Assembly: GCA_031835245.2 (NCBI GenBank)
Contig: JAVKOQ020000001.1
Span: 744,001 to 802,834, forward strand
DNA from: Balamuthia mandrillaris
Taxonomy: Eukaryota
Reading direction: 5' to 3'
Length of the DNA stretch: 58,834 nt
Shown: piece by piece, positions 1-12,637 of the stretch
Position numbering within the stretch: position 1 is the stretch's first letter
Layout: every line of letters starts with the position of its first letter
Notes under the pieces: generated by a model
What the model was told of the DNA's origin: nothing
What the model saw: only the letters and a program-made list of their open reading frames with translations
Databases searched by the model: none
Translations under genes and position numbers: made by a program

Positions 1-744
1 CTCGTTTAAAGCCTACAAAAAAGAGTTGTGTGAACGTTCACATGATGGAAACAAAGAGCTTCATAAAGTAAGTTACCATGCAGACAAAAACTCGAGTTCT
101 GCCCACTTTGGTTCTACAGCGACTTTTTATATGCCGTAGAAGCTCTTCTCCTTCTGGTATACCTGAACAGTTTGTGTGGGTGAGCAGAGAGAAGGGAAAA
201 AAGGACGGAAGGAAAACAAGCAGCAAAACAGAGAGAGCAGCGTAGAAACAGAAAACACAACAAGAGACGAGAACAAACACTGGTCGATGTGTTGCAGCAA
301 GTCCCAAAAATGAGAGGAGCCAAAGAGAAGCGCTTGTTTCAGTCCATGGTTCAGTATTTGCTCTTATTGTGTTAATAGTGTTATCGTTAGCTTCAAGCCA
401 GAAGACAGGGGCAAGAAGAAAGAAACAGAAGAAACGGAAAACAACAGGAGAAGAGCGAGGAGTGGAGTCTTTTTTTGTGGGGGGGGGTGAGCAAAAGGGT
501 TTTTACCAAGCGCTATGCACATTTGGAGGAGCATTGGGTGGTCCACCGTGTGTTGTGTTTGTTGCACTTGCTCAACGTCCTTGGTGACATGTTCGACGGC
601 CCTCTGCAGCTGTCTCACCAGTCTCACTGTTTGCCAAAACAATAATAATAATTTAAAAAACGTTAGCCGCTTTTACAAAAAAAGTGAGAAGCTTGTTGCG
701 TTTGGAGTTTTGGCCATACTCTTTGCCACGGGGTTGTCCTCCAT
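1..744 (-). CDS. RUN domain-containing protein, N-terminal part (continues off the window edge)
   Basis: Spliced exons (744-720, 626-507, from 362, further exons to base 1; GT-AG introns) give MEDNPVAKMRLVRQLQRAVEHV...MCIALEQILNHGLKQALLFGSSHFWDLLQHIDQCIPEGEELLRHIKSRCRTKVGRTRVFVCMALNE. LEQILxHGLK, FWDLL and GRxRxxxxxALNE are the RUN domain blocks. Confidence 0.8.
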
Positions 745-948
745 GTTTTTTCCAGCTTCCCCCTCCTTCGTTGCTCTCCACTCCTTCGGCACAAGCTTGC
801 TCCTCTCTCTTTGTGCTTGGTATTTTGCCTCTCTCCTGTCCACGATATCACCTACGCTCCTGTCAATATCTATATATGGTAATTGAACTCATCCATTCAC
901 ATGACGACGTGAAAATGGAGATAAATTTCTCAACACAGAGAGAGAAGC

Positions 949-2513
949 ATGAAGGAGCAAGAAGGTAGCGCTTCGCCAACTCACTCTCCTTCTGCTTCTT
1001 CTTCGCCATCCTCTTCGTTGCGTGCGCCGTCTGTGGCTTCTCTTGGGGTGTTGCCACGTTCGGGAGGGGCATCTAGAAGCCATACGCATCCCTCCTCCTC
1101 CCCGCCCTACAGCAACGCGGTGGAGGAGGAAGAAGCGGAAGAGGAAGAGGAAAACCAGGTTCGTGAAGAAAGCGGCAATGAAGGGGCAGAGGAAGAGCAA
1201 CAATTTTCTCCAGCGTTGATCTCATGGAAGGCCAAAAGGAATCATACGGACAAGGAGAGCAAGGAAATGCCGCTCATTCTCAAGTGCCCAATGTGTGGCT
1301 GTTCCGCCAAAGAGGAACGAAAGATCATCGAGGAGGAACACAAAAATATTGCACTACAACGCAAAGCCATCGAGGCCTTTGAGCAACGAATGCGGAGGTA
1401 AACTTGGTTTCCTTCATCCTTCCTTCTTTCTTGTCGTTTCTTTCTCACTCAATAAGAAAAAAAAAAGGTTTGAAGCTTCCTCCACATCAAAAGTAAAGCT
1501 GAATGTTGGCGGCAAAGTATTTGTGACCAGTTTGACTACATTGACGAAGCAACGCAGCATGCTCTCTGCCATGTTCAGCGACAAGTTCAACATTCAGCCC
1601 GATGAGAACGGAGAGTACTTCATCGATAGGAACCCCAAGCACTTTGATGTAATACTGGACTACCTTCGAAAGGGTACCATTATCATTACTGGCCTTTCTC
1701 AAAGGTACTGTTTCATCGATCATTTCTTTCCTCTATCTGCTCTCTGCTCTCGGCTCTTCTCACTTGTGCACTTATAACTAAGGGACTTGCAAGAAATTCG
1801 TGATGAAGTTGACTTTTATCAGCTTCATGGTCTGCGGGATCTTCTCTTCAGTAAGATTCTCACTCTGCCATTTTTTGTTTCTTCTCCTTCTCTCACCTTT
1901 CTCCCCCTCTCATGAAATTCAAAACTAACAATAAACAATACCGCGTCTTCAGTAACGCGGTGGAGTACCATTCAAAAGAGCGAGAAGATTGTTTTATCCA
2001 ATGACAATCGCACAGCGAGGAACACAGGTTCCTGCAGCGTTGTTACGGTTGAAGATTGGGTTACTCGTGGAATTTACGAATGGTTATTCTTTTGTTTGTC
2101 GTCTTCTTGTTCTTGCCCCTCTTCGTTTCTCCTTATTAACAACCGCAACAAAACAAAGGCATGTATCGTTGGACAAATGCACGTTTGTGGGGATAGGCCT
2201 CGTAAGCGACCACTTTTCCAACTGCGAGGCAGAGTTCCACAACGTGGACGGCTGTTGCGTCTACTACAAGAACCGCTGCTTCTACCATAACTATGGCGGA
2301 CATGGCAGCCTCCACGCCTCCGAGAGTTTCAACTCTGGCGATGTAGTGACGGTGCGGCTAGATCTGGAGCTGGAGGATCAGGTCAGCTTCGAGAAGGAGG
2401 GCAGGTGCTTTTGCTCAGTGTCCTGCAAAGGCTATAGCAAGTTGAAGCTGGCGTGCATCTTGTATGGCAACTCTCAGGTATCGTTGATCAGTTATGCTGG
2501 TTCACGTGTATGA
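949..2513 (+). CDS. KCTD-type BTB/POZ domain + SPRY-like domain protein (5 exons)
   Basis: VKLNVGGKVFVTSLTTL...MLSAMFS...YFIDRNPKHFDVILDYLR...EVDFYQL is a KCTD BTB domain. The C-terminal exons GIYEWHV..FVGIG...FNSGDVVTVRLDL...VSFEKEG are SPRY-like. Introns start at 1398, 1705, ~1851 and ~2083. Confidence 0.85.
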
Positions 2514-3116
2514 TGACTGTGCGTGTAGGCGTGGGCGTGGATGTGCAGTTGAAGGGATGAGGACAGATGGTCCTTTTTCTTCTTCTATCTTTGTGGTGCT
2601 GGTGCTGCTCTTTATTGCCAATATTGTGACAGTACCTCTTCTCTTCCATCAATTTTCTTTTTGAATTGTAATGTTCTCCTTGTCATTGTACCATACACCA
2701 CATTCCTTGTATAATAATTTTACAAGCATTACAAAAGACCGTAACCCAACCTAACCGGCACAAGACCAAAGATACTTGCTCGGAGAGGAGTGTCTTCCCT
2801 GGTTGTGCTATTTGTTTTCACTCTTTCTTTTGGTATGTTTGTTTTTGTTTGTTCCGTCTTGTTCAACATACGCTTTCCTCTGAAAACAAAAGAAAAAGCT
2901 TTTGGGGGAAGAATGCGTGTATCACCATCTGATGGGAGGAAGAGACCATCCTAAAGAAAAGGTGCAGCATAGGTCCTGTATTTGTTCAGCATCTTGGCTC
3001 TTCAGATTTCTACAGCTTTATTGCAATTTTTCGAGAAATATCTCAGAATCACAATAATCTATCGCAACTATTTTAAAATTAAAATAAAAACATAAAAACA
3101 TAAAACAGTAGCAAAG

Positions 3117-5288
3117 ATGGAAGGAAAGCGCGAGGAGAGCGGTAGTGCTGGTGGTGGTGGTTCCTTGATTGATGACCTCTCTCCGGAGGAAACGCCGACC
3201 GAGATCGAGAGCCTGTGCATGAACTGCGGCAAACAGGGCAAGACAAGGCTGCTGCTCACCAAAATCCCGCACTTCAAGGAGATAGTGCTGATGGCCTTTG
3301 ACTGCCCTCACTGCAACTTTCGTAGCAATGAAATCCAATCCGCTGGCGCCATCCAAGAGAAGGGGCATCGCTTGGACCTCTTTGTTGCCACTCCTGAAGT
3401 AAGTTTTTTTTTTTGCTCTCTTTATACTTCATTCCGATAACGAAAAGCTTATTGTCGGATGTTTTAAAACAAAAAAAAACCCCTTTTGAAGGATCTTAAT
3501 CGCCAAGTCGTTAAGTCGGATTGGGCCTCTGTGCAGTTGCCCGAGTTGGAGTTTGAGATCCCTGCCAACACTCAACGTGGCCTGTTGAACACCATCGAAG
3601 GTTTCCTCATGCAGACCATCGAAGGTCTTGAGTTTGGTCTTGAAGAAAGAATGGTATAGTTCTTCTTTTGCTGTTATACTACTTTTTTTTTTTGATGGCT
3701 TCTTTGTTTTTTTTTGACTTTTTTCAAACAGGAACAAGACCCAGAAACAGCAACAAAGCTGAAGGAGTTTTTGGTGAAGCTGAAGGAATGCCAAGAGGGC
3801 AAGAAGCAGTTCCACTTTATTATCAATGACCCTTCTGGCAACTCCTACATTGAAAACCCGTACAAGCTCCGCCGTCTTCTCGTTGTTCTTGTTCTTGTTC
3901 TTCTTCTTCTTCTTGTTCTTCTGGTTCTTGTTCTTGTTCTTCTTCTTCTTCTTCTTCTTCTTCTTCTTCTTCTTCTTCTTCTTCTTCTTGTTCTCGTTCT
4001 TCTTCTTCTTCTCGTTCTTGTTCTTGTTCTTCTTCTTGTTCTTCTTCTTCTTCTTCTTCTTTCTTCGTTTCGGTACCAATCTAAGATGTTACTCCTTATA
4101 ATGGGCAATGTTGTAACGCATACGCAGGCATGCTCCAGAGGAGGACCCCAACCTCGCCATTAGCTATTACACGCGCACACAAGAACAAAATCAACAGCTT
4201 GGCATCTCCCAATCCTTTGGAGGATCTGCTGCCGAGGCACCACAAGGTATTAACTATGTTCTTATTCTCCTTCCTTTATCTCTTTAGCCTTCTATTTTCG
4301 CACTTCTAACTTTTACCTTGGGAGCAGAAGGTGGTGTCGTTATGGACAAACCTCTCCCACCAGAGGCTGAGTTGGAAGACGTAATGCGGTTTCCTGCAAC
4401 TTGCAACGTGTGTGGCCAACGCGGTGAAACTCGCATGTGCCTTACCAGTACGCATGTTCTTTAAATGTCTTTGCAAAGGCTTCTTTCACTCACTATTACG
4501 ATTTTGTATGACACAAATAGACATTCCTCACTTTAAAGAAGTTATTATTATGGCGTTCAACTGCGACAATTGTGGCAACAAGAGCAACGAAGTGAAGGCT
4601 GGCGGCGCCATTAACCCACACGGCCGCAAGATCTCTCTCAAGATTACCTCCCCGGAGGACCTTAACAGAGATATCTTGAAGGTACCTATTTAAATGCAAC
4701 GTTTCTTGTGTTTCCTTTCTCATCGGTGGACAAACCTTTTATGTGTTCCTAGTCGGAGACAGCGGCTTTCGCGATACCAGAATTGGGCCTTAAACTGGTG
4801 GCAGGCACATTGGGTGGTAAATTCACGACTGTGGAAGGTCTCTTGACCACCGTGCGTGATGACCTCAAGCAAAATGCCAGCTTCTTCTCTGGAGATAGCT
4901 CCGATGTTAACAGAAAAGAAGACATTGCTCGCTTCTTTGAACGCTTTGACAAGGTTCCTCTCTCTCTCTCTCTCTCTCTCTTATCTTTCCTCTTCTCTCT
5001 TCTCTTTCCTGTCTTTCTTTATACTTCTCTCTAAAACAAACCACAAAACAAAAGTTTTTGGCATCAGAAGAAGAGTTCACGATAGTATTGGACGATCCAG
5101 TAGCCAACAGTTACATTCAAAACATTTATGCTCCTGACGATGATCCCAACATGACCATCCAAGAGTACGAGCGCAGTTGGAAGCAGAACGAAGCTTTGGG
5201 TCTCAACGACATGAAGACAGAGAACTACGAAGAAGAGACAACAACCACGGAAGACGCTCAAAAGGAGGAACAAGAAGAACAAAAGTAA
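3117..5288 (+). CDS. ZPR1: Zinc finger protein ZPR1 (eEF1A chaperone)
   Basis: Two C4 zinc finger modules ([12 protein letters not shown]...[17 protein letters not shown] and FPATCNVC...[17 protein letters not shown]) plus DLNR, TTVEGLL and DDPxxNSYIQN motifs across spliced exons. Confidence 0.96.
3875..4066 (+). repeat. (CTT/GTT)n microsatellite inside a ZPR1 intron
   Basis: About 190 bp of CTT with interspersed GTT units between a GT donor near 3861 and an AG acceptor near 4128. It generates spurious poly-L, poly-F and poly-K ORFs. Confidence 0.9.
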
Positions 5289-5398
5289 AAGAAAGAGAGA
5301 AAAAAACCGGATCTTTCTTCTTCTCCATTTGTTTTTGCAACTCGCTTTTTCTCCACCCATTCGTGCCCACCCATCCAAGCAAAAAAAGTGATGCTTTC

Positions 5399-5731
5399 TC
5401 ACCTGGTTTCCCAAATTTTGATGGTATCGTCGACTCCGCCGGTGGCCAATACCGCGCTTCGTTTGTTGTAGTCCATGCAGGCCACAAAGTGGGGGTGCGC
5501 CTCATAAATAGTTTTGATGCAGCGTTGCTGGAGAAGGTCCCACACGCGTATGCTCTTGTCGTCACTCACGCTTATCAAGTATTTGCCGTTCGGATGAAAC
5601 TGTAATGCTCTCACCCAGTTGTCATGCCCTATCTATTGGTTTTTAAGTTTGAAGGAAGGTAAGAAGGCTATAAGGGAAGAAGGGAAAAGAACCAAGTATA
5701 AACCACAAAGAGAAGAAGAGAAGGAGAGAGG

Positions 5732-5779
<48 letters not shown>

Positions 5780-6502
5780 ATGGACCAAGGTCATGACTTC
5801 TTGGCCGGTGGCCACCTCCCAAATTTTAATAAGCTTATCTCGTGAACCGGAGGCTATGTACTGTGCAGAGGTTGGTTTGGTGGCTCCTCGCTGAAAACTT
5901 CCATTTCTCTTTCTCCTGTTTTGTTCCTTGTTTTTCTGAGAGAGAATTGTTCAGCAAGTTGAGAAAGAAACAATGACAGAGAGACAAACCTCTGGTTCTC
6001 CCAATATGGGGACTGTTGGAGGAGAAAAGGCGATGCATTCCACAACGTGAGTATGTCCTCTGAAGACGTTGAGACATTCACCCTTGGCAACATCCCATGT
6101 CCGCACCGTCTGATCGTAGGAACATGTGGCAAGCATGGTGCCTTCCTCCGATACTATCACGCGTTTTACCCACTCATCGTGCCCCGTTAATGTTTTGACG
6201 CAGTACCTTTATTATTTCGTTTTTAAAGGCACAAGTTAACCATTATGCAGACAAAAAGAGAAACACGAGAGAGAGAGAGAATGTACCCTGTTTGCACTTC
6301 CCAAATTCTTAGCGTTTTGTCGCGGGAGGCAGACACTAGATGGTCGCCTGAAGGAAAGAATGTGACTGAAGAAACGTTGTGGTCGTGGCCGTGCAGCGTC
6401 TTCACACACTCGTACTTTTGAAAATCCCACAATTTTACAGTTAGATCCGCAGAGCACGATGCTGTTATGAATATCGTCAGGCAAAAGGTTTTTTTTCTTG
6501 GT

Positions 6503-6540
<38 letters not shown>

Positions 6541-7345
6541 AAATAACAAAGTGAAGACAACGCACCTAACAGCTTTCCTGTGTGATCAAAAGCAATGTCT
6601 TGGACGGCAAGAGTGTGTCCCTTCAAGGTTCTTTCAAACTCTCCTGTTTCGTAGTCCCACACCTTGATGGTGGCATCCTCAGAGCCAGAAGCCATCAAGC
6701 TAAAGACTGGGTGAAACCTGATGGCGTTGATGTTGTTGCGATGCCCTGTTAGCGTGAACTTTTCTGGTGGGCGAGGTATTCCCTGGTCGTTCTTCTTTGG
6801 ATTGGAGGAGCTTCCACCGTTGTTCCGTACTTCCTCTTCCAACTGTTTACATTTGTCCTCGAGCTCCATTATCTGAATAACAATCAACACATATGTGACA
6901 AAGGTATGTTTGAGCGACAGGAACTTACACAAGAATAATATCGGGCAGCAAAGTGGAGAAGAACACCGAGAAGAACAAGCACAAGAAGAACAAGAAGAAC
7001 GAGAACAAGGGACCGAAAAGAACAAACAAGCAAACAAAAGCAACAAAAAGCCAAAAATGCTGACCTTTCTCTGCAACCGTAGAACAGACGTCCATTTCTT
7101 TTCCAAAAGGCCGCTCATCTTGCTGTCGGCCTCAAGCGAGGTTTCTGCTCGGAAGGCCTCCAAGCTCTGCGCAAAGCCTTCCGATTTGAAATACTCAAGA
7201 ATGGCCTTGTGTCTATTGTACGACCAACAAACAGATAGAAAGGGGGAGGGAAAAAGAAGTGAGTGGGTGTTCCTTGAAATATAAAGTGTCGAGGTCAAGA
7301 ATTTTGGCCTTACAGTTGTTCTCTTTGCTTGTTGGTGAGGGCCAT
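5399..7345 (-). CDS. LIS1: Lissencephaly-1 homolog (LisH + WD40 dynein regulator)
   Basis: [19 protein letters not shown]...[21 protein letters not shown]...[14 protein letters not shown], followed by WD40 repeats ([18 protein letters not shown]) ending IKIWETR. Confidence 0.96.
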
Positions 7346-7544
7346 CTTGTGAATCTTGGAGGAAGCGTCGTTTCCATCTTCAGCGGTAGCATTGGTGGGC
7401 TCCATTTGCGCCCTCTCCTCTTTGTCCTTCGGTCTAGACGTTTTTGTTTTAAATCTCTCTTGCGTCGTCTTTCTCTTTTAATACTGATTTGATTGTCTTT
7501 TGTTCTCTCTCTTGCGCTCTCTCTTGCGCTCTCTCTTCTCTCTT

Positions 7545-7584
<40 letters not shown>

Positions 7585-8084
7585 TCTCCCACACGCTGCC
7601 TGCTGACCTGTTGATCCACAAAGCGAAGCTGCCGAGCAAGAAAATGGGTAGCCGTTGGCGCTACACAATTTTGTTGTTGTTTTCTTTTCTCTCTTTTCCC
7701 CTTTTTGCCACCACCCCCCCCAACTGCGAAAAAATTGGGGGCCGAACGACCTGGAAAAAATTTTAAAGTCCAATCTTATGGCTCCTCTTTCATTTTCAGG
7801 ATGTCGACATAATCTGGGAAAAGGAAGAATTCTTGCGGGAAAAAGCGGCCGCAAAAAGAAAGAGAAACAAGTAGCAGAGAAGAAAGTAGCAGCTGCTGCT
7901 GAACCAACAGTGGTTTTTGTTGTTGTTGTGGGTGATTTGTTTATCTTTTTGTGCAACGAGGTAAACAGAGGCTCTTTTGTTTGTTTTGTTTTTTTTTGCT
8001 TTTGGTTTTTTTTTTTATCGAAAGTTTGCTCCAGGTGCAGCAGTTACATCACGCGCACTCCAACTGGTTTACAAGAGACAAGAA

Positions 8085-8533
8085 ATGCAGGGCACAGAGA
8101 ACTTTCAACAGTTTGATGATGAAGAGGAGATCTCTCAGATTGAGCAACTGGAGGCACAACCGACGGAGCCCTCCATGCTACAGACCATCAGGGAACAGAC
8201 GAGACACCCCATAGCCGTCTTCTTCCACTGCTTCTTCAAGATTTCTGCCCTCGTCATCTACTTCCTCTTCAAGTGGTTTGGCGTGGCTGGCTTTGTGCTG
8301 GCCTTCATCTGTGTGGTCCTGCTGCTGGCTGCCGACTTTTGGACGGTCAAGAACGTGACGGGCAGGCTCTTGGTCGGTCTGAGGTGGTGGCACTACGTGC
8401 GGGAGGACGGCTCCACTGTCTGGCTCTTTGAATCTTCCAAGGTTTTGCTCTTACTGCTGTTCTTTTTACTTGTTTCTGTTTGTGTTTGTTTGTATGGTTT
8501 TTGTATGGTTGGTTTTGTTTGTTCTGTTTTCTC

Positions 8534-8569
<36 letters not shown>

Positions 8570-8816
8570 GTGCCTTTTCTCACAAACAACCAAAATAACC
8601 AAAGAATGCTCAATCGAATGCGGTCGAGGCAGTAATTTTCTGGGGAGCAATGTTGCTGCCAATTCCCATTTGGTTCATTTTGGGTTTGGCCAATATCTTC
8701 AATCTAGAGTTCCAATGGTTGGCCATTGTTGTGGTGGCGGTCATCCTTGCTGCCTCCAACGTCTTTGGCTTTGCTCGTTGCTGGAAGGGTAACAATATTC
8801 TATCTTTGCTTCTCTA

Positions 8817-8852
<36 letters not shown>

Positions 8853-9018
8853 TCTCTCTTGCTCTTTCTCTCCTTTTTCCCTCACGCTTTGTGCTTTCTC
8901 TAAAACCACAGACAAGAGCGCAAAGCTGAAGAGCATGGCGGCAGGAATGGCTGCCAACTATTTCGTCTCAACGATGAGCCAGAGTGGCTCCTCCAACCAA
9001 CCGCGCACGGGCAACTAA
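8085..9018 (+). CDS. TVP23: Golgi apparatus membrane protein TVP23 (FAM18 family)
   Basis: HPIAVFFHCFFK and LLLAADFWTVKNVTGRLLVGLRWW signature. Three exons. Confidence 0.93.
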
Positions 9019-9082
9019 AAAGAAGTACAAAACAGACAGAAAGTAGCATGAACAAACATATTTTTGTAGCTAAACACACGTT

Positions 9083-9788
9083 TTATTGTTCTTGACCTTC
9101 TCCTTCTGCTTCTTCTTCGTTTTGTTGTTTTTTGTTGGTCTGTTCCAACTTTTCCAACTTTTTCTGCTTCCGTTGTTGTCGTTTTTGGCTCTTCAATTGC
9201 TGTTTCAACAGTTGTTTTTCTCGTTTGCTCATCTCTTTCGGTTGCTCCGCCTTTTTCTTGGCTAACTCTTCTAAACTTTTCTCCTCTTCTGCTCCTTTTC
9301 TCTTCGATGGTTTCTTTCGCTCCTCTCCTTCTTCATGCTCTTCTTCGTGTTCTTCCTCCTCTTCCCCTTCTCCTTCACCCTCATCCATTCTGCTTTTCAG
9401 GTCGTTGGCAGAAGGCAAAGAAGTGCCTTCTTCACTGGTTTCATCCAACACTCCGCCTTTCATCTTCTTTTGTTTCGCTTTCTTGTTTGTCTTCACTTTG
9501 CCTCGTTTAGCGGCACGTTTCGGCATTGCCTTTTTTTTTTTGGTTTTGATAACAAAGTCAGGCAGAGGTTTCCTATGAGAGGAGAAACAAGGAGGAGAGA
9601 GTACAAGGGCGAGGGTGTAGCTCTTGATGGAAGCATCGGTTTGAGTGGTGCGAAGCTGATTGTACAAAAGCTCATCCCCAGCGATGCGCACTTGGAAGAG
9701 GCTGTAAGACATCGGCGCGTCCTTGTGTGGCTTCAATTGTTTGTCGACGTAGCTCCTGCAAAAAACAGACGTGGTGAAGAGGTGAGAC

Positions 9789-9826
<38 letters not shown>

Positions 9827-11220
9827 GAAGAAATGGAAAAGGGGAGGCAAAACCGTATGATAGAGGCTTGTGTAGTGGGACTAGAGGTATCTTTTTCCTT
9901 GGAAGGGATGCGTCTGGATTTAAGCAGAGCATCGAGGGTGCTTTCCAAGCGGTTTAGCATCAGCTCTTTACGTTGACCGTAAACCTTTGCAAAGTCTTTG
10001 TAGAATACAAACGCATTAGAGCTACGATGAGTGAAATATGCAACACCGAAGCTCACCACAAGAGCAATACCTTTTTGAATCTTCTCCAACGCACTTTCGT
10101 TTTCAGGAGTGAAACCAGCAGAAGGAAGCAAGGGAGAATAATAACTGGGAGGCAATTGGTTGGCCTGCTGTGCAGAGAGCAAAGCTTCACGAGCAGCATG
10201 TAATGCTTCTGGCGCTGTTTTTGGCAGCGGTGCAACGCTCAGAGTCACGCAAATATCTCCAATAGCGTCCTTTACAGTCATACATAAACAGTGAGGATCA
10301 AGTCAAGTGAAAGGACAAGAAAAATAAAAAGAAAGATAGAAGGAAGAATGAACTAGAAGAACGAGAACGAAGAGGCTTGGAAACGTACAGCGATAGGAGA
10401 ACACGCGGTGGTGTCTGTTTGTCGTTGGGAAGCGAAAGTTTTGCCAGACGTAACGCGTTCGAAGGCCTGAGATAGTATGAAATGGTCCTCCGTGGCAACC
10501 TGTTGCTGAATGAGCAGATTCTCAGCGAGCAGTTCTCCCAATAAGTACTCTGGTTTTTTTAAGTAACATAAGCGAAAGAGAAGAAGCAGAACAAAGAACA
10601 AGAACAACAAGGAGAACAAGAAGAAGGAGAAGAAGAACAAGAAGCAATAAGAACGCAGAACGCAGAAGAACAAAGACGAACTAGAACAGCAACGATGACC
10701 AAGAGACATGAGATCTATACCCAAGAAAGTAGCCTTCTCCATGAAGCCACTGAGAGCAGCTTCTCTGAGTTCCTCCAATCTCATTTGTTCCACCATAAAG
10801 TCTCTCAGCTCTGGGAATATATCAGCCAATCTGGAGAAAGGGAGGGAGAGAGAGAGAGAGAAGGACAAGACAAAGCAAAAAAAAAACCTTCGGTCTGTGC
10901 ATTTATGGCTGGAAGAGACAACAACCAATCCAACCAAGCGGCTTGGGTGGAAGTGTCTGGAGGCGAAGGGACAACGAAAGCAGAAGTTGGAGAGAGCAGA
11001 CGGACTACCAACTTGCGAAAGCCTTCATGTTGAGCCTCCGGGGCTTGCAACCACTCGAACAACTGTTCATCTGCTACTTCACTTTCAAACATGCAACAAA
11101 AAGTCTTTGGTGAACAAAACAAAAAGAAGACAAAGCAGCTGCTTTGACAAAAAGAGGTGGCAACCTGATGCCGACTAGATCGAGCAACTCGGAGACACGT
11201 TCGAGCAGTCTAGGCTCCAT
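9083..11220 (-). CDS. FAM98-like protein with a Lys/Glu-rich C-terminal tail
   Basis: Spliced product MEPRLLERVSELLDLVG...EYLLGELLAENL...SALEKIQKDFAKVYGQRKELMLNRLESTLDALL resembles the FAM98/DUF2465 core (L..I...L..EY..RR.ML.KRL..T). Confidence 0.6.
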
Positions 11221-11493
11221 AGCTGACTTGGCCCTTTAGACAACAACAACGCGAACGAACTCACTTAATAACAGGCCTTGCGCTTTCTTTCCCGCTGTAG
11301 TTTTGGTGAATGTTTTCTCAGTTTTTTCTTTTGGTTTTCGTTGGGCGCCACCCAGATGGCAGGCAAATGCCAAAAGGACCCAGCCAAGTTTTCCCGCCAA
11401 AAAAGTAACGGTAAGTTTCCGATGCTTGCGAAGTTTATTTGAACCTGCTGCTGAAGAAAACAAAAGTAAAAAACCACAAAACGTCTCTCACTG

Positions 11494-12235
11494 ATGGCGG
11501 CACCTCCAGCACCCCCTCCTGCTCCTGCTTTGCCTTCCCCGCGTCCTCCTGGGCCGATCGCGTCTTTGCTCCCACCGCTGCCGCAACCACAACCCACCGA
11601 CAGCGACGTGGTCCACGCGGCCGAATATGCCAGCAGCGTGAAAAGGCTCAGAGTGTCAGGTCCTGGCTTGGTGACCATCGAGGAAATGGCTGGTGCCATC
11701 AAAAATGAATACGCGATCATCAGCCAAGCAGGTTTCTTTCTCTCACCTCACACTCTCTCATCCTCTTTCTCTCGCTTTTTTTAAAAAAAAAAAACAACTA
11801 CAACAAAAACAAATGCACACAATTCAGTTGGTGCTGGAGCAGCTCCTGCCTGGGCACGCCCACTGTTTACCGGCATGGCCAACCTGACGGCACAAATGAC
11901 CGCCATGAACACGCAGATAAATGCCTTGACCGCAAAGATGACCGCTATGTATGGCTTTTTTGTATCCGCTTTTGTTCCCTTTTAATGTAACTCTTCTTCC
12001 TTTGCTTTTCAGGGAAAGCCGAAACATGTTGCGCAAAGCAAACAAGGCGAACAAAGGTTCCCTCCAGCCTCTCCCCAACGACCGCAACCAACTGCCCGCT
12101 GCGTTTCCTGCCTCACAGCGCCAACTGTTAGGGTGGGATAACACGCAGCTCTCAGCGCTACTTACATTCTATAACTTGCCGACCGGTGGCACTGTCGCAG
12201 AGAAGAGAGAGAGATTGCTGGCCTTCCTGTTTTAA
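11494..12235 (+). CDS. Small Pro-rich/coiled-coil protein with a Mug135-like (DUF1773) C-terminal domain
   Basis: Three exons. The middle exon is APAWARPLFTGMANLTAQMTAMNTQINALT. The C-terminus LQPLPNDRNQLPAAFPASQRQLLGWDNTQLSALLTFYNLPTGGTVAEKRERLLAFL matches the DUF1773 pattern P..FP.....L......L..LL.FY.L......KR..L..F. Confidence 0.65.
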
Positions 12236-12637
12236 CTCCTCTCCTTTCTGGTTGAACTCCTCTTCTTTCTCTGGTGGAGCGCCCTCCCTTTGGCTGCCGA
12301 GATCGCTCTCCAAAGGTCGATCGTTTTGTTTTGTGATATCACACTCTTTCTATTCTCTCCCAGAGAGAGAAGAGAAGAGAGGACAGCTGGACTCGCCCCA
12401 ACAATTTTGTTTTGCAAAGGAGAAGCAGCTTTGGCCCACCTTCCCCATGGGAAGACCCCCATTCTCTTCCAGAGAGAGCAAGAGAGCGAGAGAGAGAGAG
12501 AGAGAGAGAGGAGAGAACTGGACTGCACCCCAGCAGTTTTGATATCAGCAAAGAAGTAGTAGCAGCAGCAGCAGAAAGATAGGTGGTGCCCCTATTTTCT
12601 GTCGACAAAACAAAAATAAAAAAAGAGTAGCGCGAAG

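Noticed and set aside
515..886. Plus-strand Cys-rich/hydrophobic 123-aa ORF
   Set aside because: It is antisense to the spliced RUN-domain gene, which has much stronger motif support.
3429..4163. Long poly-K, poly-L, poly-F and poly-R ORFs in the ORF track
   Set aside because: They are translations of the intronic (CTT/GTT)n microsatellite in ZPR1.
7213..8116. ORFs of 150-250 aa spanning the LIS1/TVP23 gap
   Set aside because: They run through (CT)n and promoter DNA and have no domain signal. The true starts are at 7345 (-) and 8085 (+).
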